A stretch of DNA of 64,000 bases, from contig CAWKFY010000033.1 of NCBI GenBank assembly GCA_963848815.1, positions 23,959-87,958 on the forward strand. Reading direction: 5' to 3'. A program made the translations under genes and the position numbers. The notes under the pieces were generated by a model. That model saw only the letters and a program-made list of their open reading frames with translations, had not been told where the DNA came from and did not search any database. This stretch comes from an uncultured Chloroflexia bacterium. GTDB taxonomy: Bacteria > Chloroflexota > Dehalococcoidia > GIF9 > UBA5629. Of the stretch, positions 25,644-35,163 are shown piece after piece (position 1 is the first letter of the stretch; each line of letters begins with the position of its first letter).

Positions 25644-27017
25644 TTATTTAATTCTCTTCTCTATATTTTGAACGATGAATGACCGCATGCCTTCAATAGT
25701 CGAGGTATATGGAAGGAGGCCGTCGATTTTATCGGCCAGGTCGTTCTCGCCGAAGGAGTCCCTTATCCAGACGGAAAAATCGTTGGATACCTTTTGTAAG
25801 CGGAGGCGCGATTCGAAGATATGGTAATAAAGAGAGTCGATGGTGATTTTACGCAGGACCTCAACGAACTCCCTGAGATCTGAAGCATAATACGGGGTCG
25901 GCACCACAACGCTTATGGACTTAATAAAATAAAAATCGTTTTCTGCCGGGGCCTGTGCCAACCCGGGATTGTTGGCGACATACTGTTCGATGACCGTGAC
26001 TATCATCGATTTCAATGCGCCCAGGCTTGAATAAGCGAAGGTATCGATATTGGCCAGTTTTTCCGAAAGTATATGGTCATCGAGGGCATCTTCTACCCAC
26101 AGGGCAAAATCGTTGGATGGTTCCGGTGTCAGGAACTGGTGCTCTTCCAGGAAGTGGTGCGTGTGGTAATAGACGACCGAATCCGGAGCAGATTTTAAGA
26201 TAGCTAAAAGCTGCGTGAGATTGTTCGCTTTCAGGCCGGTGAGCTCCTTGAGGTGCAGCCTGGTAAAGAAGTGGAAAGGTTTATCGGCCTTTTTCAACGG
26301 CCGTCCGTAGTTAATTACGGTCTCCCTCACCAGCTTGCTGTTGGGTACTATGATGATGTACTGGTCGGGCGTCCGGATCTTGATATTTCGCCAGGCCATA
26401 TCGACAACATATCCCTCTTCGCCCGTGCTTAATTTTATGAAATCTCCCGCTTTGATCGTCCCGCCCGCCGCCACTTCCAGACCCGAAAAAACGTTGAGGA
26501 TGGCATCACGGGAGGCGACCACCACCACTAATATGACGGCTGCAAGCAAAAGTATTACAGGAGTAAGAGGCCATCCCCAGTAGTCCGCCAGTATCAGCAC
26601 GCCCAGCAAAAGTATGGTTGCCCTGACCCCCGTCGTCACGAATTTGTGCGGAGGCTTGGGGGACTGGATGCGGCTCAGGTACAATTTGAGCAGTCTGTCG
26701 GTCAGCAGGACCATCAGCCAGATCACGGAGATGATGAATATGCTGGCTATAATTTTGCCTGCCAGCTCCTTTGCCAGGGGTGAAAGCTCCGAGAATGCTA
26801 TACCTATGTAGGCGCCCAGCAGGATAATCCAGAAAAAGAATGGGCCCCTGGTTGTCTGCAGGAGCACGTCTCTGCCGCCCCAGCCGGACTGCGTCAGCAG
26901 CTGGTCAACCCGGTTATATAACGCACGCCTCCCCCAGAGGCCTATTATGCAAAAGGCAAGGAAAATGGCGAGGGGGACGGCAATCATTATCCAGTTATTT
27001 TGAATCCATTCAAACAT
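25644..27017 (-). CDS. MscS-family mechanosensitive channel fused to two C-terminal DUF5752-like repeats
   Basis: TM region plus the MscS beta-domain 'IKAGDFIKLSTGEEGYVVDMAWRNIKIRTPDQYIIIVPNSKL', followed by two repeats containing 'SNDFALWVEDAL' and 'SNDFSVWIRDSF'. Confidence 0.78.
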   Translation of the reverse strand: MFEWIQNNWIMIAVPLAIFLAFCIIGLWGRRALYNRVDQLLTQSGWGGRDVLLQTTRGPFFFWIILLGAYIGIAFSELSPLAKELAGKIIASIFIISVIWLMVLLTDRLLKLYLSRIQSPKPPHKFVTTGVRATILLLGVLILADYWGWPLTPVILLLAAVILVVVVASRDAILNVFSGLEVAAGGTIKAGDFIKLSTGEEGYVVDMAWRNIKIRTPDQYIIIVPNSKLVRETVINYGRPLKKADKPFHFFTRLHLKELTGLKANNLTQLLAILKSAPDSVVYYHTHHFLEEHQFLTPEPSNDFALWVEDALDDHILSEKLANIDTFAYSSLGALKSMIVTVIEQYVANNPGLAQAPAENDFYFIKSISVVVPTPYYASDLREFVEVLRKITIDSLYYHIFESRLRLQKVSNDFSVWIRDSFGENDLADKIDGLLPYTSTIEGMRSFIVQNIEKRIK

Positions 27018-27030
27018 ACAAAGTTCTTCC

Positions 27031-27831
27031 CTACAGGATTTTCAACAGCTCGGCCAGGACGCTGTTAACCTCCAGTGTCGAGTTCAGGTAATAAGCGGCA
27101 GCAGACTGGGGGGAAGGCGGTCCCACCAGGATGGAGATGCCATCCAGGTCGTTGACCGACTTGAAAGCATCCTCGTCGGTCAAATCGTCTCCAAAATAGA
27201 TCGGCAACAGATGGCCCTTCTTTTGTGAGGTGGATAATTTCCCATAAATTAATTGTACGGCCTTGCCTTTGTCCCATTCAACGGCGGGACGGATTTCATG
27301 TACTTTTTTGCCCGACGTAGTTTTGATCTTTCCCAGTTTCATGGCTGGTCCTACAGTGTTTTCCAATGTTGCGCTGACCGCCGGAAGTTTACTTTCGTCG
27401 ACCAGCCTGTAATGCACGCTCAACGTGACGCCTTTGTCTTCGACCTTTACGCCTTTAATATTGCCCAGTGTCCTCGTGAGGATTGTGCCTATCAGGTGCA
27501 TCAGTGAACGTATTTCCTCGGTTAACGGGTGAATAAACCGTATTCCCGGCCCGTCTATTTCAAAACCGTGGTTGCCTGCATAGATTATGCCTTCGACGTA
27601 CACTTTTTCTTTAATATCATACAGGGCGCGGCCGCTGATGATGCCTACGACCAGGCCGGGCTTATGTACCAGCTGGTTTAAAAGCCGCCTGGTCCCTTCC
27701 GGCAAGACAGCTAGTTCCGGGCTATCCACAATTGGCGTAAGTGTGCCGTCATAGTCACACAGCAGCAATTTATTTTTGGATTGCCTGATCTTTTTATCGA
27801 TCTCGTTCCATACGTTAAAAACATATTGCAT
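27031..27831 (-). CDS. otsB: Trehalose-6-phosphate phosphatase
   Basis: HAD motif I 'LLLCDYDGTLTP', 'GDDLTDEDAF', and position directly downstream of otsA. Confidence 0.85.
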   Translation of the reverse strand: MQYVFNVWNEIDKKIRQSKNKLLLCDYDGTLTPIVDSPELAVLPEGTRRLLNQLVHKPGLVVGIISGRALYDIKEKVYVEGIIYAGNHGFEIDGPGIRFIHPLTEEIRSLMHLIGTILTRTLGNIKGVKVEDKGVTLSVHYRLVDESKLPAVSATLENTVGPAMKLGKIKTTSGKKVHEIRPAVEWDKGKAVQLIYGKLSTSQKKGHLLPIYFGDDLTDEDAFKSVNDLDGISILVGPPSPQSAAAYYLNSTLEVNSVLAELLKIL

Positions 27832-27844
27832 GAATTTCGAAAAG

Positions 27845-29323
27845 TCATATTGACTCTATTTTCACCAGCTCAGTGATGATATCAGCCGCCCACCGGTAGA
27901 TATTATTATCCTTTACCCTATTGCGAAGTTTGATCATGCGCTTCTTCTGTACATCAAGGGGCATGTCGATTGCGACGCGGATCATCTCGGCGATATGGTC
28001 AATTGCGAAGGGGTTGATCATCAGGGCTTCGCCCAACTCTCTCGCCGCACCCGTAAATCTGCTCAATATGAGGACGCCGTCATCGTCGATCCTGCTGGCT
28101 ACATACTCTTTGGCTACCAGGTTCATACCATCATGCAGCGAACTTACTATGCAGAACCTGGCCATGCGCCTGAATGCCATCAATGTCAGCGGCGATTTGT
28201 GCTCCTTTATGTATATTATGGGCCTCCAGCCATCCACCTGATGTCTGGTGTTAATTTCAGCTACCAGCTTATCGATTTCATCATTCAACTCGCGGTATGT
28301 ATCTATTTTGGTCCTGCTCGGCTCGGCGAGCTGGAAAAAGACCAGCCTGTTATTGGATTTTAATTCGGGATGCCTGGTCAGCAGCAGGTCAATCGCCTTC
28401 AGCCGTTCGGGGATTCCCTTGGTATAGTCGATCCTGTCCATCCCTATTCCAACGATCTCGTCGGTTAGGCCGAACCTGGCCTTAATGGCTGATATCTCCT
28501 GGTATACTTCCGGTTGAGCTGCCTCCTGCGCTATCCTGTCAAAGTCGACGCTGATAGGAAATGGTGACACGTATGTTGTATGCTGATTACGCGTAATGGA
28601 GAAATTTTCATAGTCGATACGGCATTCCAGTGACCTGTCAACCGTATCAAGGAAGTTGCGTCGGTGATAAGCAATATGGAACCCCAGCAAGTCATTGCCG
28701 AGCAGCCCCTGGAGGATTTCTTCCTGCCAAGGGCAGATCCTGAATGCCTCCGGGTTGGGCCAGGGAATGTGCCAGAACTGGGCCGTTATGACACGCGGGT
28801 TTTTCTCTTTTAGCATCTGCGGTACCAGCGTCAGGTGGTAATCCTGAATGAAGACGAAGGCCTTTTTATTTCCTATTTCCTCCAGGACCGCATTGGCAAA
28901 AAGCTCATTCACATGCTTGTAGGTTCTCCAATCATCGCTGTCAAATTTCGGACGCTTATAGACGATGTGGCACAGAGGCCATAAGGCTTCATTGGAAAAG
29001 CCCAGGTAGTAGCGATCAACCTCTTCTCCCGTCAGCCAAATGCGGCGCAGCGTGTAACATTTCTTTTCAGGTGGTACGGATACATGGTTTTGAATATCAA
29101 CTGTTTTTTTATCCGCGCTGCCGCTTCCGTGGGCCACCCAGGTGCCACCGCATGCCTGCATAACGGGATCGAGTGCCACCGTCAACCCGCTGGCCGGCAC
29201 CACGCAATCGATGCCTTCATTTACATAATTATGTATGTAAGGTTCCCTGTTGGAAACAACGATGAAAAGATAGTTGGAGAGCTGTTCCTTGACCAACTCC
29301 TGCAAAGAAGCACGGGTCCACAT
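27845..29323 (-). CDS. otsA: Alpha,alpha-trehalose-phosphate synthase (GT20)
   Basis: 'FSNEALWPLCH', 'IQDYHL', 'FWHIPWP' and 'LHDGMNLVAKEY'. Confidence 0.9.
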   Translation of the reverse strand: MWTRASLQELVKEQLSNYLFIVVSNREPYIHNYVNEGIDCVVPASGLTVALDPVMQACGGTWVAHGSGSADKKTVDIQNHVSVPPEKKCYTLRRIWLTGEEVDRYYLGFSNEALWPLCHIVYKRPKFDSDDWRTYKHVNELFANAVLEEIGNKKAFVFIQDYHLTLVPQMLKEKNPRVITAQFWHIPWPNPEAFRICPWQEEILQGLLGNDLLGFHIAYHRRNFLDTVDRSLECRIDYENFSITRNQHTTYVSPFPISVDFDRIAQEAAQPEVYQEISAIKARFGLTDEIVGIGMDRIDYTKGIPERLKAIDLLLTRHPELKSNNRLVFFQLAEPSRTKIDTYRELNDEIDKLVAEINTRHQVDGWRPIIYIKEHKSPLTLMAFRRMARFCIVSSLHDGMNLVAKEYVASRIDDDGVLILSRFTGAARELGEALMINPFAIDHIAEMIRVAIDMPLDVQKKRMIKLRNRVKDNNIYRWAADIITELVKIESI

Positions 29324-29701
29324 TTACCGCCTTGCCCCCATCTTTATTTTGATTTTGTGAATTAATATTAGCATAGAAGACTCCATGTTCGAAGTAAGCA
29401 TCAAGGCTGGTAAGCCATTCCCCACACAAGCAGAAATATTATCAAGGCCAGAATTAATAACAGGAAAATCCAGCCTAGCTGACTTAATTTGAGTATTTCG
29501 CTCACCTCGGATATAAAGCGGCCCGTAGATATGTGAAAAGGCATCGAACCGGCTGGTTGACTGAACGTGCAAATTTAACCAACCCGGAAGTCGGGCCGCA
29601 TCCATCAAACAATACTGTTAGTAAATGATAACTAGCAAAAAATAATAGTCCATCCAAATAGCTGTGTCAAAAAACGAGGATAGCATTGCGTTGCGGTTTT
29701 G

Positions 29702-30286
29702 TCAGGCCAGCCCTTTGCGCAGCAGTGCCAGAATGGGCGCGAATTTTTGTAAAGGATCAAAATTGTAGTTACTTAACATCCATATATTTGAAAGGCCTTG
29801 TATGATGCTGAATATCATTATGGCGGCGGCATGGGTATCAATGTCGCTTCGCAGATTTCCTTTGTCGATCTCATCTATTAATATCTCCTCAAGTTTACCG
29901 ATATACCCCTCCAGTACTGTATGTATGCGTCTATTAAGATTTTTATCTCCCAGGCTGATTATCTCGGCTATCACCTGGAAAGAGACCCCGCGACGCATTT
30001 CAACGGCCGATAGATGGCTCATCAAAATGTTCTCGAGCCGCCCCAGTTCAGGCCGTGTTGTAGATTCCAGATCGGATATGAGATTATTTTCTACGCTTTC
30101 TACAAGCAAATATAAAATATCTTTCTTGCTTTTAAAGTGCCGGTAAATTGCCGCTTCGGAGATTCCGACCTCCTCTGCTATCTTTCTTACAGTGACATTT
30201 TCGCTTCCATGCTTGATAACCAGCTTTCTTGCGGCATTAACTATTTGATCCCTTCGGGCAGGTCCTTTCTTCTGTTTGTTCATCAT
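29702..30286 (-). CDS. TetR family transcriptional regulator
   Basis: N-terminal HTH 'VTVRKIAEEVGISEAAIYRHFKSKKDIL'. Confidence 0.85.
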   Translation of the reverse strand: MMNKQKKGPARRDQIVNAARKLVIKHGSENVTVRKIAEEVGISEAAIYRHFKSKKDILYLLVESVENNLISDLESTTRPELGRLENILMSHLSAVEMRRGVSFQVIAEIISLGDKNLNRRIHTVLEGYIGKLEEILIDEIDKGNLRSDIDTHAAAIMIFSIIQGLSNIWMLSNYNFDPLQKFAPILALLRKGLA

Positions 30287-30456
30287 TTTACTCTATCAGT
30301 GTAAATGTAATTCGGAGCTAATTATATTATGTACCCGGTTTTTTATATAGTCGTACGCAGGTTGGCTATAATAAAAACCTGCCGTAGCTGCCGGTCTTAT
30401 GATCATGCCTCGATCTGATATAATTTGCGCACTACCTCAAGCCGTCAAAATAGAAA

Positions 30457-31470
30457 ATGGAAAACATACCGGTTCAGGTCTCGCTGCTGGGGTCGGGCGC
30501 GCTGGTGCTGCTGTCCGCCCTCATCTTCGTCAATGCCATAGAGTATGTGGGCTACCGACTGCACCTGGGCGGCTCCTTCGTATCGGCCATACTGTCGCCT
30601 CTCTTCACCTCGCTGCCCGAGATGATCGTGTTCCTGGTGGCGGTCTTTGCCTATGCAGGAAAGTCCGGCGAGGAGATCGGCATCGGCACAATATTCGGCC
30701 AGCCCTTCATGGCCTCCAGCCTCTCCTACGGGCTGGTCGGCATCTCTATACTGCTGGGTTTCTGGTTCAAGCAGCGCAAGACCCTCTCCATGACTATCGA
30801 CCGTACGCTGATGATCCCCTATATTTTCATACTGGTGCTATTCCCGCTGGCCCTGTTGCCTGCGCTTATCAAGGACGAGAGCATCAAGCACTTGTGCGGG
30901 CTGATATTCCTGGCGGCCTTCGTCTTCTACATCTGGCTGATGCACCGCAGGCGCATGGCCGAGCTGATCGAGGATGCCGAAATGCCCTATTTCGCCAGGT
31001 TACTGCCCGAATCACCGCACAACGGTGTCATCATGGCGGCTATACAGTTGCTGGTGGCGACCGTGGTGCTGTATTTCGGCTCCAGGCAACTGGTGGGCTC
31101 GGTCGATATGCTGTCTAAAAGCATCGGGGCCAGCACATTGGGGGTGGCGCTGATCATTATACCTGCAGCTACCGCCATACCGGAGACGGCCAGCGCTCTC
31201 ATCTGGAGCTTCAAGGGTAAGGACACCTTCAGCATCGGCTCGCTGGTCGGCGAAAAGATACTCTACTGCACCTTCTATACGGGTCTAGCCCTGCTGGTGA
31301 CAAACTGGGACCTGGATGTGCACGCCTATATAAGCGTCCTGGCCACAACTGTGATATCGCTGGTCTTGCTTTTCTTCATAGCCAGGCAGAGGATGCCCTG
31401 GTGGGGACTGTGCATGGGGTTTGTCTTCTTCGTGGGCTACGCCTTCCTGGTCTTCAACCTGCGGGTTTAA
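30457..31470 (+). CDS. Ca2+/cation antiporter (CaCA) family membrane protein
   Basis: Two alpha-repeat-like motifs, 'LFTSLPEMIV' and 'AATAIPETASAL', in a polytopic 337-aa protein. Confidence 0.65.
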   Translation: MENIPVQVSLLGSGALVLLSALIFVNAIEYVGYRLHLGGSFVSAILSPLFTSLPEMIVFLVAVFAYAGKSGEEIGIGTIFGQPFMASSLSYGLVGISILLGFWFKQRKTLSMTIDRTLMIPYIFILVLFPLALLPALIKDESIKHLCGLIFLAAFVFYIWLMHRRRMAELIEDAEMPYFARLLPESPHNGVIMAAIQLLVATVVLYFGSRQLVGSVDMLSKSIGASTLGVALIIIPAATAIPETASALIWSFKGKDTFSIGSLVGEKILYCTFYTGLALLVTNWDLDVHAYISVLATTVISLVLLFFIARQRMPWWGLCMGFVFFVGYAFLVFNLRV

Positions 31471-32165
31471 GCCCAGCCCTCGGCGGACAGGTAGTCGTGA
31501 AGCTCATCGGGATGGTGGCGGCAGTGGTATTCCAGCCTGCTCGACTCGGCATGTGCCTTGGAATAGGGCAAGCCCTGCGCCATGCGGTTACGTTCGTGAA
31601 GCTCGTGCAAGAGCACGTAGCCTCGCTCCTGCTCTTCCAGGTCATTATCGATCCAGACCTCATTATCCGGCACGAACTCGTAGACGTGGTCGTGGCCGCC
31701 CTCGGTGAAATCGATGTCAAAGACGCTGCGTACCATGCGCCCGTCTACGATCCAGACGCTGACTCCATCCTCCAGCTTCTTCCACAGCTCGACATGCGCT
31801 TTGGCGCCGTCGGGCAGCTTCTGCCCGTCACGTGTAAAGCGTGATAGGTCTCCCGCCTTGCGGCGCTCGGCCCGCTCTGCCAGGTCGGCCTTGGTGATGG
31901 CGTCATCGTAGGACATGCCTTTGGCCATCAGCCGGTGCTCTACCAGCAGGTGCTCGATGTAGAACTCGGTCTCATCCTCTTTGGCCTCACGGTCTATCCA
32001 CAGCTCATCTAGCGGGATGTACTTGAACCTGTAATGCTGGCCGAAGTTGGTGAACTCCTCATCTATGTGGCCGCGGATGTAAGCGCCGTCTACCGACCAG
32101 ACCGCCAGGTCGCCGCGCTCATCCAGCTTCTTGATGTAGGGAGGCTTTAAGCTGTTTCCCACCAT
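31467..32165 (-). CDS. Hypothetical protein with an internal tandem duplication; second half carries HExxH
   Basis: The halves align on VW.VDG...D..FT..G....Y.F.P..E.WID...E....H.L.E...MA.G..Y..A. The second half reads 'LLHELHERNRM' and the first has the degenerate 'LLVEHRLM'. Confidence 0.5.
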   Translation of the reverse strand: MVGNSLKPPYIKKLDERGDLAVWSVDGAYIRGHIDEEFTNFGQHYRFKYIPLDELWIDREAKEDETEFYIEHLLVEHRLMAKGMSYDDAITKADLAERAERRKAGDLSRFTRDGQKLPDGAKAHVELWKKLEDGVSVWIVDGRMVRSVFDIDFTEGGHDHVYEFVPDNEVWIDNDLEEQERGYVLLHELHERNRMAQGLPYSKAHAESSRLEYHCRHHPDELHDYLSAEGWA

Positions 32166-32198
32166 TGAATTGATTATATCTCACAAGGAATTTAAGCG

Positions 32199-33194
32199 CT
32201 ATTTGATGAAGCTCAGCAAGAAATAGATCGTGCCCGAGATGATGGCGGCGCCCGGTATGGTAAGCACCCAGGCCCAGACGATGCGCAGGGTTACGCCCCA
32301 GTTGACGGCGGTCCAGCGGTTGGCGGAACCAACGCCCGATACTGCCCCTGTAATTACATGCGTGGTGCTGACCGGGACTCCCATGGAAGTGGCCAGGAAG
32401 ATGGCCGCCGCGCCGCCTGTCTCTGCGCAGAACCCGTCGATCGGCCTCAGCCGGGTTATCTTTTGCCCCATGGTCTTGACGATGCGCCAGCCGCCGGTCA
32501 GGGTCCCGATGGCGATAGCGGTGTAGGCCAGCAGCACTACCCAGATCGGAATGTGGAACTCATGGATTACGCCGCCAGTCAGTAGCAAGCTGGTGATGAC
32601 GCCCATGGTCTTCTGAGCATCATTCCCGCCATGGCCCAGGCTATAGAGGGCGGCGGAGAAAAGTTGCATCACGCGCGACCATTTATTGACGTTGCCGGGG
32701 CTCTGCCTGCAGAAAATCCAGGAAGTTATGATCTTAAGCACGAAGCCCAGGGCCAGCCCGATGGTTGGCGCCAGGATGATGAAAATAAGCGTTTTAACCC
32801 AGCCTCCGGCTATGATTACGCCGAAGCCGCTTTTGACGATAGCCGCACCGGCGTAGCCTCCGATCAGGGCGTGGGAGGAACTGCTGGGCAGGCCCAGGTA
32901 CCAGGTGATGAGGTTCCAACAAATGGCGCCCAGCAGGCCGGCCAGTATAACGGTCTCGTTGATGGTCGATACATCGATCATCCCGTTGCCGATGGTCTCG
33001 GCCACAGCCGTGCCGAATATGAGGAAGGCCGCAAAGTTGAAGAAGGCCGCCCACAAGACGGCGACCCTGGGAGGGAGCACGCGGGTTGAAACGATGGTGG
33101 CGATGGAGTTTGCGGCATCGTGCATGCCGTTGGTGAAGTCAAAAACGAGGGCAATAAGGATGATGAAGCCAATGAAAATTAAGTGTAAGTCCAT
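32199..33194 (-). CDS. pitA: Inorganic phosphate transporter, PiT family
   Basis: 'FDFTNGMHDAANSIAT' and a second 'GHGGNDAQKTMG' PHO4 repeat. Confidence 0.88.
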   Translation of the reverse strand: MDLHLIFIGFIILIALVFDFTNGMHDAANSIATIVSTRVLPPRVAVLWAAFFNFAAFLIFGTAVAETIGNGMIDVSTINETVILAGLLGAICWNLITWYLGLPSSSSHALIGGYAGAAIVKSGFGVIIAGGWVKTLIFIILAPTIGLALGFVLKIITSWIFCRQSPGNVNKWSRVMQLFSAALYSLGHGGNDAQKTMGVITSLLLTGGVIHEFHIPIWVVLLAYTAIAIGTLTGGWRIVKTMGQKITRLRPIDGFCAETGGAAAIFLATSMGVPVSTTHVITGAVSGVGSANRWTAVNWGVTLRIVWAWVLTIPGAAIISGTIYFLLSFIK

Positions 33195-33358
33195 CAGGCG
33201 GCTGTCAAATCCGGCGCATAATTCCGGGAACTAATTATATATTTTTCCGCCCGAAAAGTTTATAATAGCTCGATTCACACGTGTAAGGCCGACGGCCTGC
33301 ACATTTAGGTCAGCTATAGAGTTACCAGACAAACAGGGAAATCTTCGCATAAAGGAGG

Positions 33359-34588
33359 TTGACCGTGGAGCAGCAATACAAGGTTTACGGCTACCGCTGG
33401 CTTGTCCTCGGCATCTACATGTACGTGTCGGCGCTGACACAGCTTTACTGGCTCAATTTCGCCGCCATCGACACCTACATCGAAGACTTGCTCAAGATTC
33501 CGGCCAGCGACGTTCAATGGTTCACCCTGGTCTTTCCACTGGTGCAGGTGATTCTGACCATACCGGCCGGTATCGTCATCGACAAGATCGGTTTTAAGTG
33601 GGGCGTCGGCATCGGCGCTATCTTCACCGGCGTATTTGCCTTGTTTAGAGTGATTAACCCTGCCTCATTCATCTTGCTGGTTGTGGGACAGGCGGGCATC
33701 TCGATCGGCCAGCCCTTCGTTCTGAACGGCGTGACCAAGATGGCTACGGTTTGGTTCTCTCCCAAGGAGGAGGCTACTGCGGTCGGGCTGGGCTCACTGG
33801 CCCTTTTCGTGGGCATGATGGTGGCCCTGGGACTTACGCCGCTAATGGTGCAGACCCTTGGCTATAACCAGATGCTGTGGATCTACGGCATCGCCGGCAT
33901 TGTCGGCGCTCTCGCCTTTATCTTTTTAATCCGGCAGAAGCCGTTGACGCCTTCACGGGCGCCCGATGAGGACCTCTCTGAGGTTAAATGGGGCGGCATG
34001 GGCGTCATTCTCAGGAACAGGAATTTCCTGCTGCTCGGATTTGTGGCGATGGTCGGCATCGGCGTTTTCAACGGACTGGCTACCTGGCTGGAGAAGATCC
34101 TGAATGAAATGCACGGTATCGCGCTGACCGATGCGGGAGATGTATCGGCGGTGCTTATTTTCGCCGGACTGATCGGCTGCTTCGTAATCCCGCTGATCTC
34201 GGATAAGATCGGGCGCAGGAAGCCTTTCCTGTTGGCGGCTCCGCTGGTAGGGGCGATCTGTATAACGGCCCTTATATTCATCCGCGGCTATACAGCCAAC
34301 ATAATCAACGGCATCTTCCTGGGATTCTTCCTGATCTCGGCGCTGCCGATCATGCTGACCATGTCGGCGGAGATGACCGGACCTAAATATGCCGGCGTTT
34401 CGGTGGGATACCTGCAGCTCCTTGGCAATCTGGCCGCCGTGATACTGGTGCCCACCATGGAGGGCGTGAACTCCAGCACGGGACAGTGGGTAACCCCGCT
34501 GGCCCTGCTTGTGGTGTTGATGCTGGCATCGTTTACCCTGGCCTGGTGGATACGCGATACACACCCGGGCAGCGTTACCACGACTTAA
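33359..34588 (+). CDS. MFS transporter
   Basis: 409-aa 12-TM-type protein with a non-ATG start (TTG or GTG) after AGGAGG. Confidence 0.75.
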   Translation: MTVEQQYKVYGYRWLVLGIYMYVSALTQLYWLNFAAIDTYIEDLLKIPASDVQWFTLVFPLVQVILTIPAGIVIDKIGFKWGVGIGAIFTGVFALFRVINPASFILLVVGQAGISIGQPFVLNGVTKMATVWFSPKEEATAVGLGSLALFVGMMVALGLTPLMVQTLGYNQMLWIYGIAGIVGALAFIFLIRQKPLTPSRAPDEDLSEVKWGGMGVILRNRNFLLLGFVAMVGIGVFNGLATWLEKILNEMHGIALTDAGDVSAVLIFAGLIGCFVIPLISDKIGRRKPFLLAAPLVGAICITALIFIRGYTANIINGIFLGFFLISALPIMLTMSAEMTGPKYAGVSVGYLQLLGNLAAVILVPTMEGVNSSTGQWVTPLALLVVLMLASFTLAWWIRDTHPGSVTTT

Positions 34589-34607
34589 AATCCTGTCGCA
34601 ATAGATT

Positions 34608-35090
34608 TTACGGCTGCTGGGGCTTGAGCCTGGAAAGCTCCAGCAGCATGCATCCGATTATGCCCAGCGCCACGGCTACAACCAGCATGAAACCGCCCAT
34701 GGCCTCGGCTATGGTGGTGACGCCCAGACCCAGCACTGCCATATACAGGTAGTTTTCAAGGTTCAAGGCTTGGGCATACCTCACGTGAGCGGGGTTGGTA
34801 GGATCAAATTTCCCGCCCGCCATCAGGGATCCGTAAGATGGGGCTATCGAGCGCCGGTCGGCCCGAACCTTATCGGCCGCTATCTGCGCCGTCTCGGCGT
34901 TCTGTACTACCAGACCGGAGTTGGGCCCAATGATTCCCAGGCTTGAAAGGGTGATATTCTCCTGTTGCATCGCTCCCTCAATGAATATCTGTTTGCTGAA
35001 ACCCTCGAATAAAAATGCCGCGCTCATGGCAAGGGCTGCCACGGCCAGCAAGATTACTACGATACCGGATACCTTCAATTTCCCGCTCAT
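34608..35090 (-). CDS. Hypothetical membrane protein (N- and C-terminal TM segments)
   Basis: 160-aa ORF with no recognisable motif. Confidence 0.45.
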   Translation of the reverse strand: MSGKLKVSGIVVILLAVAALAMSAAFLFEGFSKQIFIEGAMQQENITLSSLGIIGPNSGLVVQNAETAQIAADKVRADRRSIAPSYGSLMAGGKFDPTNPAHVRYAQALNLENYLYMAVLGLGVTTIAEAMGGFMLVVAVALGIIGCMLLELSRLKPQQP

Positions 35091-35163
35091 TTCATGCCTC
35101 CTGAATTAATTATAGTGGGGGCATGGGATAAACGATAAACGAGGTTGGTCGGAAGCCGCCAAA

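Noticed and set aside
29324-29700. 94-aa ORF (29324-29608) and a 'GGTTCGAT' T-loop-like string in the 377-nt otsA upstream region, considered as a tRNA or structured RNA
   Set aside because: No acceptor, D or anticodon stems can be drawn around the T-loop-like string. The ORF has no RBS or motif and has odd composition. The region is probably just the promoter and 5' UTR.
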